DNA of 64,000 nucleotides from Paraspadella gotoi (Eukaryota; Animalia; Chaetognatha), in assembly GCA_051294375.1 (NCBI GenBank), contig CM119267.1, forward strand, positions 20,709,476 to 20,773,475. Reading direction: 5' to 3'. The translations under genes and the position numbers were made by a program. The notes beneath the pieces were generated by a model. It was not told where the DNA came from. It saw only the letters and a program-made list of their open reading frames with translations, and did not search any database. This document shows, piece after piece, positions 1 through 12,477 of this stretch. Each line of letters opens with the position of its first letter. Within the stretch, counting starts at the first letter, position 1.

Positions 1-2851
1 TCTACGTTCATATTCAGCATCGTCTTTCGAGACTCAGTATCTCTTCCTCCGCGCTTTATATTTTATCCATCATCTCAATCCCAACAATTTAATCGTGTTC
101 CTTCCATCTGTAACTTCTCTCCATCTGTTTTCTCAGAATGTCGAATATACGCGAAATATCCCCAGACGAGAATCAGACGAAGAAAAAAAAAGAATTACGC
201 AAGAAAACTCAAATTTTTTTTCTCGCTCATCCAAAGTTAGTGTGAGTACAAGAGAAAAAAAAGGAAAGAAAGAGAAAAATTAAAGAGAAAGAAAAAAAAT
301 GGAGAGAAAAGAAAAGAAGGGAAAAAAAGGAAAGGAAAACATTAACCTGATTTTTTACCCCCATAACATCTCTTCTTGACACCCCGTGACCCCTAGGGAG
401 AAAGGAAAGGGGGGCAGGGGTGAAGTAGAGGAGCGAGATGGGGTGTAGAAGAGGGGCGGAGTGAACGAAGGAAAGGGCGGTGGATGGGAAGAAAGAAATG
501 GCGGGAAAAAAGAGATATCGAAAAATTAAATTGTTAAATGAAATGTTAACACTAGGCATTAAATACTTCTAATGACGTTTTATAATAACTTTTTGTACTT
601 GACGTTTTTCGCTTTACTGTTTTACTGTTTTTTGTTGAACTGTTTCTGTTTTTTATGATTTTGACATCTGATCTTTGAACGTTCTTGAACGTTATATTTT
701 ACAGTTTCTTATGAATTAGTTCAAAACATTTTATTCATGATTCCATTTTAAACGTTAGTATTTTTTGTTGTTGTTTATAGTTTAATAGTTTTCACTTGTT
801 TACCGTTTTCTAGTCTTTTACTCTGTTACAGTTTCTGTCAAAACTGTTTTTGGTATTAACCAAAAAAAATGTTAACACTATTGTCGATCTGATATTACAT
901 TTACTAAGACTTGCCACTTTTCGGGTGTTTTCCTTTCTTTTCATCACGTTTGAGTTTAGAGAGATGAGATTTTTTGGTTTGTTTACAAACAAAACACGAT
1001 TAAATTCATGGGATGTTATATGCGAAAGCCGTTTAATACTTTGTAAAGGGAGCCGTTAAAAATTGATATTGATATGATAAGTTAATCAAATCTATTTATT
1101 TATCTTTCGTCTCTGATGATGGAACTGCTGAAGTTGTCACAGACGTGAAAGCGGAGAAAAAAGAATGAGGAGAGAGAGAGAGAGAGAGAGAAGAGAGAGA
1201 GAGAAGAGAGAGAGAGGAGAGGGAGAGGAGAGAGAGAGAGAGGGCGGAACGAAAGCAGGAAGACTGAAAAAAAAGTGTGGAAACAGAGATAAATGGAGAT
1301 CGAGTATCGGAAAAAAATAAAAAGAAAAAATGTGAAAAAAAAGAAAAGAAACTGAATGAAAAAAAAAGAAAGAAAAGAAACTGAATGAAAAAAAAAGAAA
1401 GAAAAGAAAAGAAGAAAGAAAAAAGCCATCGATTTTAAGTTTCAGACGCTCGACCGAGAATCGTGAAGACGTCGAGGCAAGCACGACGAGCAAGCAGGAG
1501 AAAAAGAAAAAAGAAATTGAAACCATCAAGCTTGCGATGTGAACGAGTTTTGTAAAGAGTCAGCGGTGAATTGAAACAGTGAGGTGACGAGACAAAAATG
1601 GAGCGAAGAATCTGAACTCAGTCGCCGGGAAAGTGGTCGAGTTCGCGAGAGGGAGGATGTCTCTTTGCCGCCGCTCGAAAACGATCCTCGGGTCAGTCGA
1701 CGTCGCTTTCTTTCTTCTTGGCTAAAAATGACTCCGTTTATGGGAGACGTCGATGGAGTTTTAAAGTCGCAGTCGTCATCGTCTTCTTCGTCATCGTCTT
1801 CTTCGTCATCATCTTCTTCATCATCGTCTTCTTCGTCTTTGACTTCGTATCTTCTTCTACGTATTTTTCTCTTCGTCGTCGTCGTCATCGTCGTCGTCGT
1901 CAGTGGCGGCGCGTACTTGATTAGATTGGATTGGAGATTAAAGGGCGGGGCTAAGAATCGGTTCTTCGATCGACAGATCGAGTGGAATAAAAGATTACCT
2001 TAGATATTCCCGCCCCAGTCGCCGGCGACATCGGCGGCAATCAACATTAGCTGTTTTTGTTTTAAATCAATGAAATTGTAGGTTTTTAGTCAAAAGCAAC
2101 AAAAAGCCACGAAGCTTTCAAATATCGATTATTCTCTCTTTCCTTTTTTTTTCGTTTTCTTCGTCGTCGTCGTTGTTGTCATTTGAAAGTGGATCGACAG
2201 GTGTTTTCGCATCTGCATCTGCATCTGTCCTGAAAATGGAACTCTTGCTCTTCAGATGCGGGCGGGAAATAGAAGGGTGTGAGGGGCGGGGGGGGGGAGT
2301 AGGGGGAGGGGGGAGGAGGATAAGGAGGAAGGAAGGAGGAAAGAGATCGGGAAAAAGGAGAAATACAAATGGGGATAAGTGGAGGAAGAGAAAAGTGAAA
2401 GGGAATTCCGAAGGAGGAAGATATAAAAAAGAAAACGAGTGTAAAGATAGAAATTTCAGGGTTAAAGAAAGAATGTTAAATACTATAAATAGTCGCGAAA
2501 ACAGATAAAAAAGAATAAAAAAGGATCTACAATATATAATATATATAAATTATAATATTATATAAAGAGAAAAACAAAGTTTATTTGTTTACAAACAACG
2601 GATTTTTCATCGGCGCTTGACTCGAAAATTAATGTCGAAACATTTCCGTTTTTTGTTTTGAATAAAAAAACTTTGTTTTCTCTTTAACTAAAACGCAAGT
2701 AAAAGAAAGTCTTAACACAATATAAAAAATAAGAAAGAAAAATACGGAGGAAGAGGAGGAAGAGGAGGGGGAGATGAAACTTGTGGCTCCAGCGGAGAGG
2801 AAGGAAAAAAAACCCGATGGAATGTGACATTGGAACCGTTGACCGAGTGGG

Positions 2852-2901
<50 letters not shown>

Positions 2902-3337
2902 CAGAGAATTTTTATCATCGAATTTGCTCCGGTTTTTTTATTGTACCTTCGCGCCAAAAGTGAATTGGAAGACCTTGAGAGAAAAAACAGATTCTCCCGT
3001 CGAGTCGATGAATAATGCAAATCATAAATGAATAAATGATGAGATCTACTACACGATAATATCGAATCGGAAAACACTCGGTTTTATGATATAGTACTAA
3101 CAATAAATGAGAATATATAAATAAACGGTAAGTCGCGCCGACGCTGAGTATCGGTACAAACAGAACAAAAAAGAGAGCATTCAAAGATGTTCTTTTGTTT
3201 ACTTCGGTTTTGTTTAGCTTCAAAGAAAAGAACGAAAAAACAACAAATAAATAAAGTAGAGAGAGAGAATGATGATTTCTCCGTTATCATTCTTCGCACG
3301 TCTTTCGTAGTCTATTTATTTTCTCACGTTCAGTCTT

Positions 3338-3441
<104 letters not shown>

Positions 3442-5813
3442 AACGGAGAAGATGAAACAATTCCCAAAGTGGAGGTCAGGATAAAACGAGAACATTTCTT
3501 TTTTTTTCCCCTTTCGATTCCGAAGCGCGGTATAAAGCTGCTCAAGCTGCTGCCGATGCTCCGGCTGCCGCTCCTGCGACTTCTTCGGAAAAAAAGAAAA
3601 TTGCTGGTTCTATTTTAAGTTTGTTGTGGATACAAACAAACGAAAATAAAGAAAAGTCGAAAGAATAATGGAATATGAAGGAAACTGATAGAGATTGTGT
3701 ATTATTTGTAGTATGATAAAGCGATGTTATGATTGCAATGACTATGAGGATAGTTATGTACGTGATAGTTATGAGTAAATTGTGATGACTATATCGAATA
3801 TCGTCCTTGTCGTCGTTATCGTCGTTATCATCGTCATCGTCAGCAGAATTGTCTGAAAGTCGCCTCGACTCTTCGTCGACTACGACGACAACAACAACAA
3901 CAACAACAGAAAATGGCGGCGGAAAATGGACGAGGGAAAAAATATGGACGCGGCATCGGAAGACGAAGCGATTTTGGCGGCAGCGGGAAGCGGAGAGAAG
4001 AAGCGGGAGTGGAAGCGTTGACAAAGGCGGAAGCGGTAGCATTGAAAGCCGAAGCGGGTTTGCGGTCAAAGCCGTAAAGAAGAGAGAAATTTGGACTTAG
4101 ACGTCGGCTGAGGCGAAAGCGCTAAAAATGCTGGCTTCATTTCAAATGTCAATGAAAAACAAATAAAAATTATGTACCGACAATGCCAGTGGTGGGCAAA
4201 TAACTAAATTAGAAACAACTTGCTTTCGTAGTAACAAAAATATTTGAGAAGCGGGCAGGAGCGGAAAATTCCAACATCGTCTCGTCGGCGGAAGCGAGGC
4301 TCCGAAAAAAATGGCGGCGTCGTTTTGGCGAGACGAAAAAAAGAGTGAAAAAATATTGGAAGACGCTTTATGTGCCACTAAAAGCCGACGTTGACGAAGA
4401 GGAAAAGAATAAATAAGTTTATTTACTTTTCTTTCTTTTTTCTTTTTCTTTTTTTTAAGGGGAATGGCGGTGGTTGAAGAGTCGGGGGGGGGGAGAGCGA
4501 TATCAGGTTTAGAGGGTTGAATTGGAGCTGGTTTTTTGTTTTTATAAATTATAGACAACTTCTTAGGTTATCTTTTTGCGGTTACATCGGAAAAAAATGT
4601 ATTTTCCGTCTTGTGGAAGACACTACATATTTTTAACATTTTATTCCTTATCAGCTTTTAGGAAAATCAAGCTTTTTATTTTTTGAAATTCGTGTCCTGA
4701 TCGATAGGATTTTAGTGTTAAACTTCTATAAAAAAGCTAAACCCCTAAGGAAAAAAGAACTTTTTTCCAGAAAATTCAGGAAAAAAAATATTTCAGTTAT
4801 AAACATGTTAATGTGGGATACTAAGCCTCTACTAGTTCCAGTTTTAGATTCAAACAAATGTCTAGCGGAAATTTAAAAAAAATTGCTATAAACTCTCATA
4901 TTTCAAATTCCGTTGCCGTCCTATAAAAAGTGAGATATCTAAACACTTAAGTTAAGTCTTAACAAGTTTTTCTCGTGTCACTTTTATCTTTACAATAAAA
5001 TTTTTTAAGTCTTTAGATATCTCGCTCAATAAAAGTTATATAATCATGTCTGATTGTCAGTGTCAATAAAAAGGGCTTTATAAGAAAACCCCACAAAAAA
5101 TCCTGTTTCTTTCTGCGGTGTGAAAAAGGGAAATTGCTGGAAACGTAATATTTATTCTTTGATTAAAATATTTCGAAACCTCAAAAATAGTAAACCACAT
5201 AAAGTTGAAAACCACCAACTAGAAAGAAAATATGAACATTTGATTTGATACTTTGCGTTTTTCTTCTTTTAGGAACTTAATGATATTTTTTTTGTAACAC
5301 GAAATGTAAAGGAGGGGTAATTATTTGAGCTCATTTTCGTTCTGGATGTTTTCTTCATTCTTTCTTTTTTTGTTTATTTATTTTAGTATCTTATTTTATT
5401 TTTAGCCAATAAATGGACTCCTAAAAAGAAAATAAAAAAAAAAATATAAATATAAATAAAATATGTCACTATAAAAATATAATAATTCATTTATAAGCGA
5501 AAAAATTATTTATTTTTGTTATTTTTTAACAGAGAGAAATTGAAAACTGTTATTTTTCACCAATAATTTCAAAATTGTTTTATATTCGTAGACATCGGCA
5601 GGTCCACTCAACACACTACTACTGCTCTAAAATTTTCTATGAATATGAAACAACTTACAAATTCGTTATGAATAATAAATAAAAAATTATTTTCTCTCTG
5701 GAAAAACTTAGTTTTAAAATAATGAAAAAACCCAAATCAACATAAAATCGTCGCCGTAATTAAAAAAAAGAAGAAAAAAACCATAAGCCCCAAACTAAGA
5801 CCCAAAACTAAGG

Positions 5814-6058
5814 ATGGCACCGCCACACCTGCCGCTGCTGCCGCTGTCGCCGCCGCCGCCGTCGTTGCCGGCGCGTGCGTTCGCCGAATTCTGCTGCTCC
5901 CTGATGCTGACCTTCGTGGACATCGCCCACGCCGCCTCGGTGGACCCCGACGTGATCGCCCCCGAGTTCCACTTCATCATGATCTGCTTCCTTTTGGTCG
6001 GAATCTTGGAGACGTTCGGTCCCATCAGCTCTCACACAGTGTCGACCGTTTCCTTGGG
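5814..6058 (+). CDS. Aquaporin exon 1 (TM1, TM2, loop B)
   Basis: ATG at 5814; RAFAEFCCSLMLTFV; ends TTGGG|GTGAG with donor at 6059. Confidence 0.85.
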
Positions 6059-9000
6059 GTGAGAATTGAAGGGTTCGTTGTAGTTTATGTCGTCGTCGTC
6101 GTCGTCGTCGTCATTGTCGTTTTTGTTATTAAGTTGTTTTTTTTTATGGTTGCTGTTGTTGTCGTCCATATTTTGGTATCCATCGGTTAGAATTTGGCGG
6201 TTGGGTGTGTGTCCGATGTTATGGTTATACTTGTTAATGTAACGGATAGCTGACTTACAATACAGTAGAACCAGTTACAGAACAAAAAATTTCCTTCGAT
6301 ACCAACCTTGACTCTCCCATTGCATATTTCTCCCCCCCGCCCCCCTATTAGAGGTCCCAGAAATATCATACATTTATGAAAGTTCCTGATACCTGCAAAG
6401 TTTCTTGTGCCAAATTTGGTGGAGAAAACGAATATCACAATAAAAAATTTTCCTGGATGCTCATTATGGATTTTCCACGCCAGTTTTTTCGTTGAACCAC
6501 TTCCGGTTTTAAAAATTCAGGATTTTTGGAAATAAATAAGCTGTTATTCAGCCAGCATACTTAAATTATTACCTTAATATTACATTTTTTATTTTAGTTT
6601 ATAAATAAGGTTATAAAAATATTATTACAAAAGGCGTCAAGTTAAAACTTCATAATTCTTTTAAGCCAAATTTGCCCTGACCAAACTACTTTACTAATTT
6701 TAATACAATTTTACTATCTGGTTAAACAAATCTTTAATCTCTAAACCAAGTTATTGGCTTTTAAAAAGATTACCAAGTGATGCAAAAAGTANNNNNNNNN
6801 NNNNNNNNNNNNNNNNNNNNNNNNNNNNNNNNNNNNNNNNNNNNNNNNNNNNNNNNNNNNNNNNNNNNNNNNNNNNNNNNNNNNNNNNNNNNNNNNNNNN
6901 NNNNNNNNNNNNNNNNNNNNNNNNNNNNNNNNNNNNNNNNNNNNNNNNNNNNNNNNNNNNNNNNNNNNNNNNNNNNNNNNNNNNNNNNNNNNNNNNNNNN
7001 NNNNNNNNNNNNNNNNNNNNNNNNNNNNNNNNNNNNNNNNNNNNNNNNNNNNNNNNNNNNNNNNNNNNNNNNNNNNNNNNNNNNNNNNNNNNNNNNNNNN
7101 NNNNNNNNNNNNNNNNNNNNNNNNNNNNNNNNNNNNNNNNNNNNNNNNNNNNNNNNNNNNNNNNNNNNNNNNNNNNNNNNNNNNNNNNNNNNNNNNNNNN
7201 NNNNNNNNNNNNNNNNNNNNNNNNNNNNNNNNNNNNNNNNNNNNNNNNNNNNNNNNNNNNNNNNNNNNNNNNNNNNNNNNNNNNNNNNNNNNNNNNNNNN
7301 NNNNNNNNNNNNNNNNNNNNNNNNNNNNNNNNNNNNNNNNNNNNNNNNNNNNNNNNNNNNNNNNNNNNNNNNNNNNNNNNNNNNNNNNNNNNNNNNNNNN
7401 NNNNNNNNNNNNNNNNNNNNNNNNNNNNNNNNNNNNNNNNNNNNNNNNTACCCCCTATCCCCAACTCCTCTCCACCCCCCACCCTCCAGCATGTTCCTCG
7501 TGGGTCACATCCGCCTGATCGAGCTGGTGATCTTTACTCTGAGCCACATCCTCGGATCCGCCGTCGCCGGATTCATCGTTAGGGGATTCCTGGAAGGGAC
7601 GGACGGTTACGCCAAAGCCAAGGCGGGNNNNNNNNNNNNNNNNNNNNNNNNNNNNNNNNNNNNNNNNNNNNNNNNNNNNNNNNNNNNNNNNNNNNNNNNN
7701 NNNNNNNNNNNNNNNNNNNNNNNNNNNNNNNNNNNNNNNNNNNNNNNNNNNNNNNNNNNNNNNNNNNNNNNNNNNNNNNNNNNNNNNNNNNNNNNNNNNN
7801 NNNNNNNNNNNNNNNNNNNNNNNNNNNNNNNNNNNNNNNNNNNNNNAGAGAGAGAGAGAGAGAGAGAGAGAAAGAAAGAGAAAGCAGCGAAAAAGAGCCG
7901 AACATGATTCTTTAAATGGATTCCATTTTGTTCCCTTCACTTTTTCTAAATTCTCGAATAGACCTACGAACTTTCCCGTTTTATTCCCATTCCCGTTTCT
8001 TTAGCCTAAAGTTTAAGGTTTTTTTTAGTTGAAAAGACCTTTAGTAGGGTAATCCTTTCTCAGTCTGTCTTTGCCAGGCGGATTTCAATATAGCCCATTC
8101 ATACTGTCTCTTTGAAGCAAATTTAAAAAAATCTAAATTAAAAAAAAAAAAAAAAATAGAAATTGAGAAATGATACAAATTGAAAAAATGATGCAAGAAA
8201 AAATAATGAACAAAATATTTAAGAGATTTTTTTTTCAAATTATGATATATTACTTTTGTGCCGCAGTAACAGTTCAGTTCAATCCCTTGAAAGAGATTTA
8301 CATGTATAAGTATTTGTCAGGCAACACTTATATTATTTTTTTTTCGGTCAGTTTTGTCTCGGGCGACTTTTAATTTATTCTTTTGATCCAGAGTCCTCCC
8401 AATTATTTTTAACAATTCTGCTTTCATCTTGCTTCCATCTATTTGGTGATATTTTTCACAGGCGCCCTCAAAGCGATCACTTGCGAAATGGTTCTCACCA
8501 TGATTCTCATCCACTGCATCCTCCATCTCTTTCTCGACCAAAAGGACAATCACAGAAAATTCTTTGGTGAGAAAAACTAAAACTAAAACTAAAGTCGAAA
8601 AACAAAAAAAAAAAAAAAAAANNNNNNNNNNNNNNNNNNNNNNNNNNNNNNNNNNNNNNNNNNNNNNNNNNNNNNNNNNNNNNNNNNNNNNNNNNNNNNN
8701 NNNNNNNNNNNNNNNNNNNNNNNNNNNNNNNNNNNNNNNNNNNNNNNNNNNNNNNNNNNNNNNNNNNNNNNNNNNNNNNNNNNNNNNNNNNNNNNNNNNN
8801 NNNNNNNNNNNNNNNNNNNNNNNNNNNNNNNNNNNNNNNTTTAGAGGATCAAACTTATAGTCATTAGTGTGATTAATAAATTGTTATGAGATTAACAAGT
8901 GATTATTGATTAATATATTATTGAGATGTCAGATATTATTATAATTGAGATATTATTAAGGTATTAATACGTATATTATTAAGATAAGTGATTAATAAAT

Positions 9001-10168
9001 CCTTGTTTTTTTTGGGGGGGGGCGGGAACACCCAGCGGCGGCAATGGTTGTGTCAGCCAACATCTTCGCTGGAGGAAGAATAAGCGGCGCCTGCATGAAT
9101 CCTTCAAGAGCTGTTGGTGAGAGAGAGAGAGNNNNNNNNNNNNNNNNNNNNNNNNNNNNNNNNNNNNNNNNNNNNNNNNNNNNNNNNNNNNNNNNNNNNN
9201 NNNNNNNNNNNNNNNNNNNNNNNNNNNNNNNNNNNNNNNNNNNNNNNNNNNNNNNNNNNNNNNNNNNNNNNNNNNNNNNNNNNNNNNNNNNNNNNNNNNN
9301 NNNNNNNNNNNNNNNNNNNNNNNNNNNNNNNNNNNNNNNNNNNGAGAGAGAGAGAGAGAGAGAGAGAGAGACGTATTCAAAAACTAAAACACTAATTCCG
9401 TCGACCAATTTATCAGGCGGCGCCATCGCTGCAATGTACGTGGAAATACCAGGCACCAAATACGCCCACGCCTGGCGAGATGCGGGGTTCTATGTCGTCG
9501 GGACTTCTATTGGCACTCTCGCGGCGGTGCTGCTGTTCAGGTATAAACAGATTTAAAACCAAAATTAAAAGAGATTAAATATATATATAATATATAAATT
9601 ATATATACTACAATTAAACGAAAAGACTAAGTACATACGAAAAAAAAATGTAACAAAAACCTTCACCACTTAAAACCAATTCTGATTTTATATAATTTAA
9701 TATTATTTTTAAATTATTAAATTTAATCTTTTTTTAGTTTTGAGAATTAACAATACGACCTCTCACATTTCCCGCAGGCTCATCACATCACAGAATCCCG
9801 AATTTCGCGTCCGCTTCTGCGAGGATTCCAACTCGGTCGCCCCGTCACATTTCGACGGCGACGACGCTCGGCGTCGTTTAAGCGACAAGGATTCAGTTCC
9901 GGACGACGCCGCTCTGAATATCGAAGTCGCCGAGAACGCCGCCGCTCGGAACACGCTACCGCGGCGCGCTGCGCAGCCAGTGACGGCGTTTCCTCTGGAC
10001 GAAGAGCCGCTGCCGATCGGGGGACCAAAGGACGGCTTGAAGCCGCCGGAAATTACGGAGCCGAGCGCGGAAGACGAGCCGCCGAGCGTTGAGCCGGACG
10101 TGATTGGTCAGAATCTCTGGACTCCGACTCCGGCGCCGAGAAAAAGTTTCGGGGATTTCTCGGCATGA
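5814..10168 (+). CDS. AQP8-like: Aquaporin (MIP family), AQP8-like, unorthodox NPA boxes; spliced gene with visible exons 5814-6058, 7490->=7627, 8462-8566, 9036-9116, 9417-9540, 9778-10168
   Basis: Spliced translation gives AEF in TM1, GPISSHTVSTVSLG (loop B), SHILGSAVAG (TM3), CEMVLT (TM4) and NIFAGGRISGACMNPSRAVGGAIAA, which resembles AQP8 [25 protein letters not shown]. GT-AG junctions are phase-compatible (6058/7490 phase 2; 8566/9036 and 9116/9417 phase 1; 9540/9778 phase 2). Small exons may be hidden in N gaps. Confidence 0.9.
7490..7627 (+). CDS. Aquaporin exon 2 (TM3; 3' end at gap edge)
   Basis: Pyrimidine tract plus CCAG acceptor at 7488-7489; MFLVGHIRLIELVIFTLSHILGSAVAGFIVRGF. 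Confidence 0.85.
8462..8566 (+). CDS. Aquaporin exon (TM4)
   Basis: TTTTTCACAG acceptor; GALKAITCEMVLTMILIHCILHLFLDQKD; GTGAG donor at 8567. Confidence 0.85.
9036..9116 (+). CDS. Aquaporin exon (TM5, loop E with NPSR)
   Basis: CCCAG acceptor; AAMVVSANIFAGGRISGACMNPSRAV; GTGAG donor at 9117. Confidence 0.88.
9417..9540 (+). CDS. Aquaporin exon (TM6)
   Basis: ACTAAT branch-like motif plus ATCAG acceptor; AWRDAGFYVVGTSIGTLAAVLLF; GTATA donor at 9541. Confidence 0.85.
9778..10168 (+). CDS. Aquaporin terminal exon (cytoplasmic acidic/Pro-rich tail)
   Basis: TTTCCCGCAG acceptor in phase with ORF 9740-10168; GC-rich open frame ending TGA. Confidence 0.78.
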
Positions 10169-11829
10169 AGAGCACAGAAAAGAAAATTGATTGGTGGATT
10201 TTTTTTTAAAGGAATTAGATTTCTAGTTAGGCTGACAAATCATTGTAACCTAATTTATAAAAATATTAAATAATTTTATCATTTAGCTCGTGTTTTTTTC
10301 AAAGGCGTCATCTAGTTTTAGTCGATTTATATATTAAAAAAAAAAAAAAAGCTTTCAACCGAGGTTGTTAACGATTTTACTAAAATCGATTGTTATATCG
10401 ACCACAAAACAGATTTTCAATTAAAGCCAAATGACGCTTCTCGTAAATTCTCTTTAATCCCACACAAAAAAGACAGATATTTTGTGTGTCTTCCATTTTT
10501 TCCAACAGAATCACAAAAGCGTTGCTCGTCTTCATCCGGGTTTTCACGCCTCGATGTCACGGTGGTTCACTGTGACACTCCCGTCACCCTCTCTCACAAT
10601 CGTTTCACATCATCACCTCCCAACTTTCGCCCTTCGCTTCTCAACCTCAGATTTTTTTTTTATTCATGTTTTTTTCTTCTCCGCCTCGTCGCTTCTCCAA
10701 GGGGAACATGAGAGAGAGAGAGATGAGATGAGGAGAGGAGAGTGAGAGAGAGAGAGGTAGGCAGAGAAGAGAGACAGAGAGAGAGAGAGTATGAGAGAGA
10801 GAGAGAGAATATCGTCCTTGGCGCTAAATCACTTCGTGTAAACGCTTCCTTTGCCTGCTTCCGATATTACCGCTCGCGGACGCAACTTTCTCAGCCTTTC
10901 TCTCTTCTCTATTTTGTTCTCTCTCTATCTCGTCTCTCTCTCTCTCTCTCTCTCCTTCTCTCGCTTGGTTCTCTCTCTCTCTCGTCTCTCTCTCTCTCTT
11001 TCTCTCCCTCTCTCTCTCTCTCTACTCTCATCTCTCTTTTCCTCATCTCTCTCTCATCTCTCCTCTTCGTCTCCCTCTCTCTCTCTCTCTACTCCTCTCT
11101 CTCTCTCTCTATCTTCTCTCGTCTCCCTGCTATTTTTTATTTTCTTTTTCCCTCATCTCTCTCTCTCTCACTTGTTGTGATGTGTACCGAAAGTCGCCAA
11201 GTGGACCTTTTTCTCTGAATATTTCATTTTTGAAAAAAAAATGTCGAAATAAAAAGATGACAAATGACATCGCATGTCTTTCGGTTAAAAAAAAAGAACA
11301 ACGCCATCTTTGCCGCCATCGAAACGATGCTACTGTTGACGCGTTGTTGCGCCACGACGTTGGCGTTACAAAGCGCAACGGTTGGCGTCGACGCCACTTC
11401 GTGAGCAGGCGTGCGTCACTTCATTAATAACTCCATGAATAACCGGTGGTGGCGCTTGGTTCGCTTCGTCGTCGGCGAAGAAAAACAAAAAAAGTTTACA
11501 AACGAATGTAAACAAAAGATAATAACGGAGGAAAAGAACGCCGCGCGTCAGGGAAAAAGGGCGTCTAAATATCAACCCACGGGAAACCGTCGTCGTTGTT
11601 GTCGTCGTCGTCGTAGACATTTGCCTGACCCCTGAGAAACGGAGGGAGCGTGCGTGCGAGAGGAGAGGGGAGAGGAATATCCTCGGATCTTAATATCAGG
11701 AAAGGATGAAATTTGAAAAAAAAGGTTTTAGAAAAGGAGAGTTAACTTTTAAATTTTTGCTTTTTTGTTGGGCTGAGAGAGGAAGGAGAGAGGAGAGAGA
11801 GAGAGAGTAGAGAGAGATAGAGATAGATA

Positions 11830-11862
<33 letters not shown>

Positions 11863-11928
11863 GAGAGAGAGTATGAGAGAGTAGAGAGAGAAGAGAAGAC
11901 AGAGAGAGAGAGAGAAGAGAGAAGAGAG

Positions 11929-12004
<76 letters not shown>

Positions 12005-12204
12005 GAGGGAAGGATGACTGATACAAAAAAAAAAGATATTAGAATGACAATAAGAAAAAACAAAATTACATAACAAAAAAAAAGAAAGGAGAAAAAAAAG
12101 AAAGAAACAAACAGAAAGAAAAAAAAAGAAAGAACAAGAAATGAAACTCGGGTCGAAAAATAAGGATTTGTCGCAAGAAAAAAAAAGGAAGAAAAAAGAA
12201 TAAG

Positions 12205-12260
<56 letters not shown>

Positions 12261-12428
12261 GAGAGAGAAGAGAGGAAAAAATGCATGAGGTTCCAAGGAA
12301 AGCAGCGAATTAACGAAGGACCGCGGAGGCAAGAAAAACGCTCTGTCAAAAACGTCGCTGTTTTTCTCGCGCGGAAAATGATGAGAAAAACCGGGTTCAA
12401 GGTTTTGGTCGTGGAAAGTGAGGGGAGT

Positions 12429-12477
<49 letters not shown>

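Noticed and set aside
1113-1150. CTGATGA...GAAA hammerhead-like core
   Set aside because: The intervening sequence does not form stem II
3807-4160. Ala/Glu/Lys-rich coding-like stretch on +
   Set aside because: The plausible peptide switches frames repeatedly and matches no family I recognise
6270-6520. Possible short interspersed element (GTGCCAAATTTGG motif), with similar hints at ~22135 and ~4600
   Set aside because: Boundaries, TIRs and target duplications could not be defined from this window
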